Virus record (IMG/VR): IMGVR_UViG_3300020170_000001
Span: 60,653-124,652 of that record
Direction: 5' to 3' (one strand)
Length of the DNA stretch: 64,000 nt
DNA from: a virus
Positions within the stretch are counted from its first letter, which is position 1. Each line of letters starts with the position of its first letter. This document shows, one piece after another, positions 1-9,530 of this stretch. Both the position numbers and the translations under genes were made by a program. Below the pieces are notes generated by a model, which had not been told where the DNA came from, made no database searches, and was given only the letters and a program-made list of their open reading frames with translations.

Positions 1-320
1 TTCAGCGACGTTTCCTCCCACAGCGGCAGGGAGTAGTAGTCGTTGACGCCCGATCCGGAACTGGTGATCGACGAGCCGGCGAGCAGCGCGATCGTGTCGA
101 ACGGGATATAGCCCGACTGAATGGTCACGGTCGCGTAGTTGAACCAGAACCAGGACGACAGAACGGCGTCGTCGCCGGTGTTGTCGTAGTTACCCGTGTC
201 CACCGCGATCGTGCCGGTGCGCACGCCGTAGATGTCTCCGGCGGCCTCTTCCGCGCCGGTGGTGCCGTTGAGGATCGCGGCGTGGGTAAGAGAAAAGCCT
301 TCAACAGTCGTGCTAGTCAC
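1..320 (-). CDS. Major tail (tube) protein, N-terminal part; runs off the window
   Basis: Hand translation from GTG at 320 (RBS AAAGGG): VTSTTVEGFSLTHAAILNGTTGAEEAAGDIYGVRTGTIAVDTGNYDNTGDD..., open to base 1. Lies downstream of the connector genes. Confidence 0.6.
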   Translation of the reverse strand, partial: MTSTTVEGFSLTHAAILNGTTGAEEAAGDIYGVRTGTIAVDTGNYDNTGDDAVLSSWFWFNYATVTIQSGYIPFDTIALLAGSSITSSGSGVNDYYSLPLWEETSL

Positions 321-374
321 GCTGACACACCCTTTTCACGGCGCGGACGGGTCAACGTGTCTAATCGGACGGAC

Positions 375-623
375 TTACGCGAAGGCGGTGCCACACTCCC
401 ACTCGTCTTCAACGATCGTCTGGACCAAATCGCCGACGAAGTTGAAACGGTGATACACGCGAACGCGCTGCTGGCGGCCCCTGCTCATGCGCTTCGCACA
501 ATCACTACAGGTGAACTCGATGCTGTTCGACGTCGGAATGTACTTTCCGAATTCTTCGCCGAGCTTGAGCTTGGTGAACAATTTTTGCGGTCCGACCGGG
601 CATCGAACTTCGACGGTGTTCAC
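375..623 (-). CDS. Small Cys-containing (putative Zn-binding) protein
   Basis: 82 aa with RCP and CSDC; 4-nt overlap with the upstream gene. Confidence 0.7.
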   Translation of the reverse strand: MNTVEVRCPVGPQKLFTKLKLGEEFGKYIPTSNSIEFTCSDCAKRMSRGRQQRVRVYHRFNFVGDLVQTIVEDEWECGTAFA

Positions 624-1744
624 AACAGCATCAACTGCCGGGATTCCTGGACGCGGGCCTGAGCCACGCGGAACTTGTGCAGCACCCGTTCCCCGCTCTC
701 GTTGAGCTCACCGACTCGTTCCATGAACCGCTCGATGGCCTTGGGCCAGGAACACATCTCGGGGATGAGCCGTGCCGCCGTGTCGGCTTTGCGGGCCGCC
801 TCGTCGCGGCGCTGGTAGGCGTGCAGCATCAGTTGTTTGAGATGGTCCTTGCTGGCCTTGGCCCAGAAGCAGTTCGACAATGCCGGGCTCATCGGCACGA
901 GCGTGTAATCCAGGGGGTAGCCGAGCGCGGGGCTGAGCCATTGGGCGTGCCCGCCCCAGTTGGTCGCGATGACCGTGCCGCCGGTGGACAGCATCTCTAG
1001 GGCGGGCAGGTTCTTGCCTTCTCCTTTGCTCGGTGCGATCAGCACGTGATGGCCGTAGTAGAACTCCCGTAGAACGTCCTCGGACCACACCTCGTAGAAG
1101 ATCCGTAGGCCGGGGGTGACGCCTTGCAGCTTGCTGTGCAGGCCGGGCGTGACGGTCTTGAGGTTCAGTTCGACGTCGAGCTCAGGGTGTTCCTCACGCA
1201 GCTCGCGGAAGGCGTCGATCGCGAGGAGCGGATCCTTGCGGGGGCCGAGCGCGCCAACCATGCAGAATTTGAAGGTCTTGGCGTTCCAGTCCCGCGATCG
1301 GGCAGGCCACTTCCGCGGCCAGTATCCGCCTTGGACGGTGGCGGCGTTGGTACGCACGTAGGGTGCGATCGCTCCGGTGGTCACCGCGTCGTAGCCGACG
1401 ACCAGATCGAAGTCTGTGAGGCGCTTCCGCAGGCTGGATCGGCCGGGGCAGTTGTCGAGGCTCGACATTTCCCACATGCTCCAGGCGGCGGTGACGGTGC
1501 TGCTGCGGCGGGCTCCGTCGGAGATCCCGAGGTGCGGCGGGTCCCAGTGGTGGATGAGCAGGTCGAACGGCGGTTCGAGGCGTTTGGTGAACAGCTCGGC
1601 GATCTCGGCGGGCAGCGGCGTTTCGACGGCCTCGGGGTCGAGGTAGACATCGGCCCCGGCCTGCCGGAACGCGAGCGCGATGCCGATACCGTCCTGTCCG
1701 TAACCCGAATGCGGGCTCAGCGGCGTCTTAATCAGGACCTTCAA
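620..1744 (-). CDS. Glycosyltransferase, GT-B fold (GT4-like)
   Basis: N-terminal SGYG, VGALGPRKD and PSKGEGKNLPALEMLSTG (E-x7-E motif). Confidence 0.9.
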   Translation of the reverse strand: MKVLIKTPLSPHSGYGQDGIGIALAFRQAGADVYLDPEAVETPLPAEIAELFTKRLEPPFDLLIHHWDPPHLGISDGARRSSTVTAAWSMWEMSSLDNCPGRSSLRKRLTDFDLVVGYDAVTTGAIAPYVRTNAATVQGGYWPRKWPARSRDWNAKTFKFCMVGALGPRKDPLLAIDAFRELREEHPELDVELNLKTVTPGLHSKLQGVTPGLRIFYEVWSEDVLREFYYGHHVLIAPSKGEGKNLPALEMLSTGGTVIATNWGGHAQWLSPALGYPLDYTLVPMSPALSNCFWAKASKDHLKQLMLHAYQRRDEAARKADTAARLIPEMCSWPKAIERFMERVGELNESGERVLHKFRVAQARVQESRQLMLL

Positions 1745-1749
1745 CGAGA

Positions 1750-2247
1750 TCAGCCCTCAGTGATGGCGTAGATGACCTGGCAGCGGACGAGCCCGTCGCC
1801 ATCCGGGACGACGTAGATGATCGGCTCAGTCAGCCGGACGCTGGTGATCACCCTGAGCTGACCGAACATGACCTCGGGCCCGGTCGTGCGGTGCAGGAAG
1901 GTGTCGAAGACCTTGTAGACGGCGAAGGCGCGACGCAGAACTTCGCCGGGGGCGGTGACATTGTTGTTGCCGTCACGGATCGGGTCCGCCCAGATGTTGA
2001 GGGTGAGTCGGGGGAACCGCAGCGTGTTGTGCAGGTTCGGGCCGGCCCAGCCGCCGTCGTTGGTGAGCACGGCGCAGGTAGCGCTCGAACCTTCCATCTT
2101 GGCCCAGGTGCGGTATTGGAAGACGCCGGGAGTGTTCGTGCCGCCGATGACGAAGGAGGAGACGGCCGCTAGTACCTCGGGCTGGGCGAGGAGGTAGGTG
2201 GCCGCGCCGGAGACGATGTCGTCGGCGGTGACAGGGGGCAGGGTCAC
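1750..2247 (-). CDS. Putative tail terminator/completion protein
   Basis: 165 aa; position in the connector module; overlaps the upstream gene. Confidence 0.55.
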   Translation of the reverse strand: MTLPPVTADDIVSGAATYLLAQPEVLAAVSSFVIGGTNTPGVFQYRTWAKMEGSSATCAVLTNDGGWAGPNLHNTLRFPRLTLNIWADPIRDGNNNVTAPGEVLRRAFAVYKVFDTFLHRTTGPEVMFGQLRVITSVRLTEPIIYVVPDGDGLVRCQVIYAITEG

Positions 2248-2669
2248 AGCGCACCGGCTTCGGGGTGCGGGGTGCGCCGGCCGCGGCTGATGAAGGAGGT
2301 GGCCGGGCCGAGCAGGTCTTCGTCGATGTGGTCGAGGTGGCGAAGGTAGTCGTGCGAGGGCGGACCGCCGTGTTTCGGGCTGGTGCCGAACAGCTCGGAC
2401 GCCGCATAGCGGACCGGGTTGTTCACTCCCGCGGAGTCGCCGCCGACCTTGATCTCACCCTCCCAGCGACCAGGCGTGGAATCGAGCACTTCGACTCGGC
2501 TTGACGAGAGCAGGGATCCGGTCTCGATGTGAATGTCGGAGACGACTCGCTGGAATCCTTGCAGCAGGATGCGGGCGAAGTTGGTGAAGTCGTACCCGGT
2601 GAACCCTTCTTCGAGTCGACGCAATTCCATATCGGCGCATCGGATGTCCCACTCGTATTTCTCCGTCAT
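2244..2669 (-). CDS. HK97 gp10-like tail completion protein
   Basis: Start MTEKYEW at an ATGA overlap; HIETGSLLSS...YA pattern; synteny. Confidence 0.55.
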   Translation of the reverse strand: MTEKYEWDIRCADMELRRLEEGFTGYDFTNFARILLQGFQRVVSDIHIETGSLLSSSRVEVLDSTPGRWEGEIKVGGDSAGVNNPVRYAASELFGTSPKHGGPPSHDYLRHLDHIDEDLLGPATSFISRGRRTPHPEAGAL

Positions 2670-3088
2670 GGTAGATCCACGGGGTCGAGCAGATTCGGCT
2701 GGAAGTTCTGCGCTACTTCGATGATCTGTACTTCCATGTGGTGAGCGAGAGAGAACCCGGCGGCGGGGTCCGGCATGGCCCGGATCTCGAAGGTGCCTTG
2801 GATCGGGCCGGAGATACACCGGAACCGGTCTCCGGAGACGATCTCGTCAGTGGGGTCGAAGAACATCACGCCAACCCGGTCGGGAGCCCGGCCGGCAACC
2901 ACGGGCATCGGCTGGTCTTTGCCGGGTCGCTGATATTGCAAGTCAATGCGGCACAGCATCTCGCCCGGCACGCCAAGATACGGGTCGACAATGGTGTTGA
3001 GCTTCTGCCAGGTCTGCTGCGGAATGCCGTTGGTCATGTCGAGCTGGAGCCGCAGGACGTCAACGCGGGTGTGGTAGAGCCATCGCAC
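2666..3088 (-). CDS. Putative head-tail stopper
   Basis: GTG start after GAAAGGAG; GDRF...FEI...HHMEVQI pattern; synteny. Confidence 0.6.
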   Translation of the reverse strand: MRWLYHTRVDVLRLQLDMTNGIPQQTWQKLNTIVDPYLGVPGEMLCRIDLQYQRPGKDQPMPVVAGRAPDRVGVMFFDPTDEIVSGDRFRCISGPIQGTFEIRAMPDPAAGFSLAHHMEVQIIEVAQNFQPNLLDPVDLP

Positions 3089-3102
3089 GGCCGGTGCTCC
3101 TT

Positions 3103-3624
3103 TCAGGAGATTCGCACGTACGGAATTCCGCCGTTGACGTCGTCGACCTCGGCTGCGTTGCGAACGACCCAGTGACCGTCCGGCGCGCGGCGTAGCCCGT
3201 CGGGAAGGACTTGGACGGAGCCGCTGCCCACGATGGATGCGGCCGGCATGGCGAGTTGCTCGACGGCGATGTCCCACCAGAACAGCCCGGTGCCGAGGTC
3301 GCCGGCCAGCTTGAGCCCGGCGATGGAGGTCCTGGCGGCGTTGAGCCCGCGGGAGTAGCTGTAGGAGCCGACCGTCTCGGCTTGGAACGGCCCGGCCTTG
3401 ACGACGGCGAAGGGCTGTTCCAAATACAGCTTGTCGGCCATCTCCAGGATGGCGTTGTTGGCGAGCAACACCTTGTCCGGATCGTCGGGCATGGCGGTGA
3501 GTTGGGTGACGATGGAAAACATCAACGTGGCCTGCGCCAGCGCCTCATCGGAGAAGGGCGTGAAGCTTTGCGCGGGCCGCCCGGTGAATACCGCGAGGTC
3601 CGCTGTTGTCGGCACAGGCAGCAC
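3103..3624 (-). CDS. Putative head-tail adaptor
   Basis: Contains the ETVGSYSYSR motif typical of actinophage adaptors; GTG start after GAAGAAGG. Confidence 0.7.
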   Translation of the reverse strand: MLPVPTTADLAVFTGRPAQSFTPFSDEALAQATLMFSIVTQLTAMPDDPDKVLLANNAILEMADKLYLEQPFAVVKAGPFQAETVGSYSYSRGLNAARTSIAGLKLAGDLGTGLFWWDIAVEQLAMPAASIVGSGSVQVLPDGLRRAPDGHWVVRNAAEVDDVNGGIPYVRIS

Positions 3625-3641
3625 GATGATCGCCTTCTTCC

Positions 3642-4322
3642 TTAGGCTTGGCTCAGCGACGGCAGGCGCGGTGCCGAGCGCTGCTTTCGGCGTTTCTCCG
3701 CGGCTGCCAACTCCTGCTCCGACGGCGGCGCGATGCGGCCCTCGCCGCGCTCGACGCGCAGGATCTCGAAGTTCCCGTCCGAGTAGGACTTCCCGGGCCA
3801 CGGCCCGCTGCGAAACATGACCGTGCCGAATCGCTCCACCTGGGCGAAGTCGTTGTCGCGCAGGTCCAGCCAGGTTTTGCCGCGCCGGTCGAAGGTGTCG
3901 CGGTAGGCTTGCGAGCCGACTTCGAATTCGAGTTCGTCGCCGCGATACCAGATCCGTCCGAGCGCGGTCAGGCCATCTCCCAGGAAATGAATCAGAATGT
4001 TCCTCTGATCTCCGGGCTCCTGCACTTCCTCGACGACGGGCTCGACGTCTTTGCTGCCGGAGAGCCGGGCGATCTGATCGCGCAGGGCCTTGATCTCTTG
4101 CTGCTCCGGAGTCATCTCGTCGTCGACCAGGGCCTTCTCATCCGGCGGGGCCGGGGTCAGGTCGACGGGAAGATCAGCCTCCGGAATTTCGTCCGCGGCG
4201 GACGTGTCGATCCGATCGAACTGGTCCAGGGCGCTACCGGCCACGGGCGTCTCGGCCGCCGACTTCGCGGGGCCGACGGCACGGGGCTGACGCTTGCCAC
4301 TGGCGGGTACTCCTCGGGGCAT
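3642..4322 (-). CDS. Hypothetical protein
   Basis: 226 aa, RBS GAAAGGTGG, GC3-biased codons. Confidence 0.75.
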   Translation of the reverse strand: MPRGVPASGKRQPRAVGPAKSAAETPVAGSALDQFDRIDTSAADEIPEADLPVDLTPAPPDEKALVDDEMTPEQQEIKALRDQIARLSGSKDVEPVVEEVQEPGDQRNILIHFLGDGLTALGRIWYRGDELEFEVGSQAYRDTFDRRGKTWLDLRDNDFAQVERFGTVMFRSGPWPGKSYSDGNFEILRVERGEGRIAPPSEQELAAAEKRRKQRSAPRLPSLSQA

Positions 4323-4384
4323 GGTTGGCCACCACCTTTCCCCGGTCCTTATCGGGTGTCAGGCGAGGAAGTACCAGTGCAGGC

Positions 4385-5041
4385 CTAAGCGACCTTGAAG
4401 CGGATTGTTGGCGGCGTAGAGTTCGTCCCGCCGTTGACCGTGGGATACGACAACGGTGTGTTGCTACCGCTGCCGCTCTGGGTCCAATAGGTTTGCGGAG
4501 CTCCACCCTGTGGGCCGTTGGCATTCATTGCCCACGGAACGCGATAGCAGTAGGGTCCAGCCGACGCGGGCGCTACGCCAGTTGAACTTCCCGCAAACGC
4601 GAGGAAATTCCAGCCGGCGGGCACGGTCGTTGTGGTGATCGTGATCGACGTCTGGGTGGCGGATGTACCGGATGCCGACACCAGCAGTTGCGCGGGGCGA
4701 AGTGTGATGGGGTCCATGGTGTTGATGCCGACCTTCATCGCCAGCCCAGTGCCGGCTACGACATAACACCCGATGGCCGTCACCGACACCGCCGACGTGA
4801 AGTAACACGGAACATAGATGCAGTTGATGAAGGCAGAACTAGTGGACGTGTCGAAGTCAACAACGACGCGATTGTCGTACCAGTTGCCTGACACGTACGT
4901 CTGCGGATAAGGCGTTGCCGGGTTGGACCAACCGAAGGCGTAGTCGGCGGCGGAGGTCTTCGTCAAAGCGTGACTGGTGTTGCCGCCGGCGAATGCGTGG
5001 ACGGCTATAAGAGCGGGACTGACGTCACCGATGGTTGGCAC
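4385..5041 (-). CDS. Virion fibre/receptor-binding-like protein, WYDNR paralog 4
   Basis: YVSGNWYDNR...YVP...VPAGWNFLA shared with three neighbours; Ser/Thr-rich. Confidence 0.65.
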   Translation of the reverse strand: MPTIGDVSPALIAVHAFAGGNTSHALTKTSAADYAFGWSNPATPYPQTYVSGNWYDNRVVVDFDTSTSSAFINCIYVPCYFTSAVSVTAIGCYVVAGTGLAMKVGINTMDPITLRPAQLLVSASGTSATQTSITITTTTVPAGWNFLAFAGSSTGVAPASAGPYCYRVPWAMNANGPQGGAPQTYWTQSGSGSNTPLSYPTVNGGTNSTPPTIRFKVA

Positions 5042-5056
5042 GGCAGGTCTCCTCGC

Positions 5057-5710
5057 TCACGCGACTCTAAAGCTAACGAGTGGACAGTCGGGAAGCGCGA
5101 TCGCGGACGTCAGGCTCACGGTTGGATTCGCTTTCGGCTGGGCAGACGTGTTGTCCTGGAGAACCCACGTCTGCGGATTCGTCGAGATTGACGTCCCTGC
5201 TCCAAGGAATGAGCGGGCTCCTCTGGACTGAAACGTGCCAACCTGCCCGGATCCAGAGGTCCCCCACGCCAGGTAGCACCAGCCCGCGGGGAGTGCCGTA
5301 GACGTGATTGAAGCAGTCGCCGCCGCACCGCTTGTGGCGGTGATCGGCGTTGCAGCAACCAGTTGTGCGCCGGGAAGGCCGGTGGAGAGCACCGAGTTGA
5401 TACCGACGTAACACGTCGACCCGCCCAGTGACACCGAGTAGAAGCCGACCGAATTAATCGTAATTGACGACGACAGTAACACCGGCATATAAAAGCAATT
5501 GTTGGCAGTGAATCCATTCTGTTGCGTCGGCGAGGGGGCCCCCGACACGCGATTGTCATACCAACTCCCGGAGACAAAGGTGGTCTCTGGGCCGAACGGC
5601 GGATTTGACCAGTCGACATCGAAATCAGCGTCCGTGTTCTTGACCAAGACCGCCCCAGAAGCTCCGCCTGCCGGGTAGTCTTCCGCCGCCGGTACGCCAA
5701 TCGAGACCAC
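5057..5710 (-). CDS. Virion fibre/receptor-binding-like protein, WYDNR paralog 3
   Basis: PAGGASGAVLVKNTDADFDVDW, then FVSGSWYDNR...YMP...LPAGWCYLA. Confidence 0.65.
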   Translation of the reverse strand: MVSIGVPAAEDYPAGGASGAVLVKNTDADFDVDWSNPPFGPETTFVSGSWYDNRVSGAPSPTQQNGFTANNCFYMPVLLSSSITINSVGFYSVSLGGSTCYVGINSVLSTGLPGAQLVAATPITATSGAAATASITSTALPAGWCYLAWGTSGSGQVGTFQSRGARSFLGAGTSISTNPQTWVLQDNTSAQPKANPTVSLTSAIALPDCPLVSFRVA

Positions 5711-5732
5711 GCCGAACCCCCTCCTCCAGCCG

Positions 5733-6413
5733 CTATGTGACCTGAAACCAGATTACCGGCGTTACACTGTCCTTCGTTGCAGTCACCGTCGGATTTGACA
5801 CAATTGCGGAACTTGTCGAGTCGACATAGTAGGCGACGGGACTGGTATTCGCGGCTGCCGGCCCCGTCGAATTGAGCGAAAGCGGGGTCGCAAACTGTAT
5901 TGTCTGGGCTCCAGCCGGGACAATGCCGCCGTTCGCTACGATCGACAACCAATTCCACCCCGCGGGCACTGCGACGGGGGAAAAGGTGCCGGTGTAGGCA
6001 GCTAGCCCTGCCAACGTAAACGAGGTCGTCGCCAGCACCGTCCCCGGCAGCCCCGAAGAAGCCGACTGGCTGAGTCCGACCGAACCGACCGGGCCGCTGA
6101 CGCTAGTTGCCTGGTAAAAGCCCAAAGCCGTCACCTTGATCGGCGCGTGCATATAGACCGGCACATAGGTGACATAATTGGTGGTCGGGGAAAAGCTAGT
6201 TGAACTCGCCGCCGCCGGAGCGACCCGATTGTCATACCACTGACTCGCGAGGTAGGCAGCGGGAGACAGGTGGATAGCGACAGGGTCTCCCGGCACCGTC
6301 GTCCAGGACGCATGGTAGTCGTTTGTCGAGGTCTTGGTCAGAATCCGATCTGCCGTTCCACCGGGCGGCAACCCGATGGTCGGCCTGAACGATGCGCGGC
6401 CTACCGTCACCAT
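5733..6413 (-). CDS. Virion fibre/receptor-binding-like protein, WYDNR paralog 2
   Basis: PPGGTADRILTKTSTNDYHASW, then YLASQWYDNR...YVP...VPAGWNWLS. Confidence 0.65.
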   Translation of the reverse strand: MVTVGRASFRPTIGLPPGGTADRILTKTSTNDYHASWTTVPGDPVAIHLSPAAYLASQWYDNRVAPAAASSTSFSPTTNYVTYVPVYMHAPIKVTALGFYQATSVSGPVGSVGLSQSASSGLPGTVLATTSFTLAGLAAYTGTFSPVAVPAGWNWLSIVANGGIVPAGAQTIQFATPLSLNSTGPAAANTSPVAYYVDSTSSAIVSNPTVTATKDSVTPVIWFQVT

Positions 6414-6415
6414 CG

Positions 6416-7510
6416 TTAGCCCACCACCCGGTACCACACGTTCGCCGAGGCCACCAGACCCGTGGTGAAGGTCATGGACAACGGCGTTGCCGTTGCGACA
6501 AGTGCTGCGCCGGTACCCGCCTCATAGAACATGTAACTGGTCTGCGTGGCGACTGCCGACGCTTGGGTCAACGACGACAGTCCCGACTGCGGGGCAATAG
6601 TCGCGGTATTCGCGACGGTGTAAATGGAACTGGAGTTTGTGGAGTTGCACGAGAGCGCCCACCACGACCATCCCTTGGGAATCGTGCCGGAGGCCGCGAG
6701 GGTGTAGACGGTGCTGTTTGCGGTGGGCGACACGGTGCCGAAGTCGTAGATGCGCGTTCCGGGCGCGTTCGTCGCCGAGTTGGTGTAGAGGCCTATGCGA
6801 ATCGTCGCGCCTCCGGTCGGCGTCGACGACCCGGTGATGATCGCTACCGTGTCGATGACCAACGCCCGGTGGGCGAACATCGGCACGTACGAGACGCTGC
6901 TGATCGCGATTGGTGCGGAACCCGCGGTGCCGGACGACACCGATGTGAGGGTGATGTTGGACCCGGTCGGGGTCCGCCGGTCGTGCCAGTTTCCGTTGGT
7001 GTACGCCGGTGTCCATAGTGTCTGGAGGCTGTCGGTCCCGGCGCTGACGATCGCGGTGTTCTGGATCTGCCAGTTGGTGCCGTCGAACACAAAGGTCGCC
7101 GCGGCCTCGGGCGAGGTGATCACGCAGGTGGCGTCGCCGTCGATCGTGGTTCCGCCGGACCCCACAACGGTGATCGCGTTGCCGCTGACGTCGGTCTTCT
7201 TGGCCCCGACGGTGACCCCGGCGCTCGGCGACGCTGGCAATGTGACAGTAAACGCGCCACCATTGGCGTTGCAGAGGACCAGCTGACCCGAAGCGGCGGT
7301 GTAGTTGGCGGTCTTCGATGCGGTTGGCGTGAGCCCGCCGCCGCCCGAGGACGCCGTGATCCACCCGGTGTCGTAGTCGGTCCCGGAGCTCTTGGCCAGC
7401 ACCTGCCCGGTCGTGCCGCCCGTAGGCATGGCGACAAGACGCGGGTCGGTCTCCAGCGCGAGCAGAGCTCCGCCGTACGACTGCCGTTGCTGTACTTTCC
7501 GGGTGGCCAT
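6416..7510 (-). CDS. Virion fibre-like protein, WYDNR paralog 1
   Basis: PTGGTTGQVLAKSSGTDYDTGW; FTVTLPASP..KKTD domain; YTNGNWHDRR...YVP...IPKGWSWWA. Confidence 0.7.
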   Translation of the reverse strand: MATRKVQQRQSYGGALLALETDPRLVAMPTGGTTGQVLAKSSGTDYDTGWITASSGGGGLTPTASKTANYTAASGQLVLCNANGGAFTVTLPASPSAGVTVGAKKTDVSGNAITVVGSGGTTIDGDATCVITSPEAAATFVFDGTNWQIQNTAIVSAGTDSLQTLWTPAYTNGNWHDRRTPTGSNITLTSVSSGTAGSAPIAISSVSYVPMFAHRALVIDTVAIITGSSTPTGGATIRIGLYTNSATNAPGTRIYDFGTVSPTANSTVYTLAASGTIPKGWSWWALSCNSTNSSSIYTVANTATIAPQSGLSSLTQASAVATQTSYMFYEAGTGAALVATATPLSMTFTTGLVASANVWYRVVG

Positions 7511-7514
7511 CAGA

Positions 7515-8423
7515 TCACATCTTCGAAACGACGGCGTGGAACTCGTTAGTGGCCCACACCGCGTCGGGCTTGAGGGTCACCGTGTTCAGGTCAGTGTGTT
7601 CCACATACACGTCAACCTCGTCGAACGGGGAAGCGACCCGGTACACCATGACGTTCACGGCACGGGTGCCGAAGCTGTGGGTGATCGCAAAGCTAGTCGC
7701 CGCGCCGTTGCCGCAGTCCTGCTCGACCGGAGCCGTAGCGGCGGTGGTAACTCCGACGTAGATGAACGCGGCGGTAGTGGTGTTGAGAGTGAACGTATCG
7801 TTGGTCATCAGCGCGAACTTGTCGGCCTGAGTGCCCTGCAACACGATCCAGTACGAACCGACGATGGCGGTGGCGGTGGTGCTCCAGTTCTGCGCCCGAG
7901 CCATCGTCGCGCCGGTGGCGGTCCACACGTAGGGACCGTTTTGGGAGCCGGTGGTCTGTCCGGCGAGCAGGAACACGTCCCCGTTGGTGGGGGTGACTCC
8001 GTCGATCGTGGCCGGGGCGGAAGCGAGGTTGACGTTGGTGGCGGCGACCGCCCGCACTGTGCCCTTGAGGGTCTGCCCGGACGAGAGGAAGGCAATTTGA
8101 GTCTCAAGATCGATCTGGCGGACGGCGTCGTTGGACCCCTGAATCGCGGCTGCCAGGTTCGTAAGCCGCTGGCTGTTCATGCTGACCAGGGTGGTGGGGG
8201 CTTGCAGCTGGTCGATACGGCTAGTGTGAACCTGCGTGTCGAAGTCGCTGATGGTCGCTGCAAGCTGGGTGCCGGTGTGGTTGGCGCGGGAGATGGAGAA
8301 CGTCTGCACGCTCTCGATGTCGACCTTACGAGCTGCATCATTGCTCGCCGCTGTGGGTGCCCCCAGGTTGATTACCTTGAGGCCGTTCATGTCCTTATTG
8401 GAAGCGTCTTTACGGGCGGTCAT
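7515..8423 (-). CDS. Virion structural/fibre protein (paralog of 12066 and 28550)
   Basis: NLGAP..DA, RANHTGTQ, GQT..QNGPY and C-terminal ITHSFGTRAV. Confidence 0.7.
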   Translation of the reverse strand: MTARKDASNKDMNGLKVINLGAPTAASNDAARKVDIESVQTFSISRANHTGTQLAATISDFDTQVHTSRIDQLQAPTTLVSMNSQRLTNLAAAIQGSNDAVRQIDLETQIAFLSSGQTLKGTVRAVAATNVNLASAPATIDGVTPTNGDVFLLAGQTTGSQNGPYVWTATGATMARAQNWSTTATAIVGSYWIVLQGTQADKFALMTNDTFTLNTTTAAFIYVGVTTAATAPVEQDCGNGAATSFAITHSFGTRAVNVMVYRVASPFDEVDVYVEHTDLNTVTLKPDAVWATNEFHAVVSKM

Positions 8424-8445
8424 GGTGCAGTTCCTCCGACAATTG

Positions 8446-9276
8446 TCAGGACAAGTAGGCGGTTCCGGCGATGCTGATATCGAAGGACAACCGCAACGAC
8501 TGCCCCGGGGTTAGGTATTGAACTCCGCCACCGTCGATGGTGTAACCGTCGTCGGAGATGACTGTCAGTCCGGCGGGATCAAAACCCAACCCGTGGGTGA
8601 TTTGCCAGACCGTTGCCGGAGTGCTCTGATCATGGCGATACCCGGCGGCAGCATTCGCACCCGGCGGGCCGGTGGCTCCCTGCTGGACGAGCAGCCCCCA
8701 CGTCGCAGTGGTGGTATTGACGACGGGAGCGGTGTTGGTGCTCGCCAAGATCGCGACATAAGCGCCGCCGCTGAAGAAGACGACGTCGTTGATGGCGTAG
8801 GTGACGCCGCTGTTCCAGGTGCTGCGGTAGGTGAAGTTCTTCGCACCGGGGTCGAAGATCACCGTCGACTCGACGCGCCAGTTGGTGCCGTCGAAGACGA
8901 GGACGGCTCCGGACTGGGCTTGCAGCAGAGTCAGGGTGGCGTCGCCGTCGACGGTTGCGCCGCTGGAGCCGACGACGGTGACCAGGTTGAGGCTGGCGTC
9001 GACCTTCTTGATCGCCACGGAGGTGTTCGTGGCCGGCGTGGCCGGCAGCGTGATGGTCAGCGCGGCGCTGCTGGCGTCGGCAAGGATGAAGTCGCCAACG
9101 GCCGCGGTCGCGGCGACGTTGACGGAGCGCACAGCGAGGGTCTGACCGCCGCCGCCTTCCAGCACGGCGACTCGGGCGGAGAGTGCGGCGTCGGCGGAGT
9201 CTACATAGCCCTTCCGGACTGCCTGCGAGGCGGTCGTCGCCGCCGGGATATCCAGGGCCGTCCCGAGGAACTTCAT
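8446..9276 (-). CDS. Modular virion fibre protein
   Basis: ITLPATP..IKKVD domain (as in 6416), W...TY..NDVV module and C-terminal HDQ..WQITHGLG..GTAYLS. Confidence 0.7.
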   Translation of the reverse strand: MKFLGTALDIPAATTASQAVRKGYVDSADAALSARVAVLEGGGGQTLAVRSVNVAATAAVGDFILADASSAALTITLPATPATNTSVAIKKVDASLNLVTVVGSSGATVDGDATLTLLQAQSGAVLVFDGTNWRVESTVIFDPGAKNFTYRSTWNSGVTYAINDVVFFSGGAYVAILASTNTAPVVNTTTATWGLLVQQGATGPPGANAAAGYRHDQSTPATVWQITHGLGFDPAGLTVISDDGYTIDGGGVQYLTPGQSLRLSFDISIAGTAYLS

Positions 9277-9325
9277 CAGCCAGTCACCGCCCTTTCGCGT
9301 TGACCTATCGGTCCGAGCAGGACCG

Positions 9326-9526
9326 TCAAGGGGTCGCCGGGAACCGGGTGAACCGCGACACCGCCGGCCAGCTCGTCGAGCCGGTCGACATCACTCGCGC
9401 CGCGACCTCCTTAGTGGGGCCCGCCTTGATCATCGCCGCGCTCAGCGGCATCGTCTGTGCAAGGAAACGCACCAGGTACGGGAACGTCGGCTGGGCCCAC
9501 AGCCCTGTCGAGGTCAGCGCCGCCAT
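9326..9526 (-). CDS. Small hypothetical protein (66 aa)
   Basis: ATG after GGAG; fills the gap in the operon. Confidence 0.55.
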   Translation of the reverse strand: MAALTSTGLWAQPTFPYLVRFLAQTMPLSAAMIKAGPTKEVAARVMSTGSTSWPAVSRFTRFPATP

Positions 9527-9530
9527 CGCG

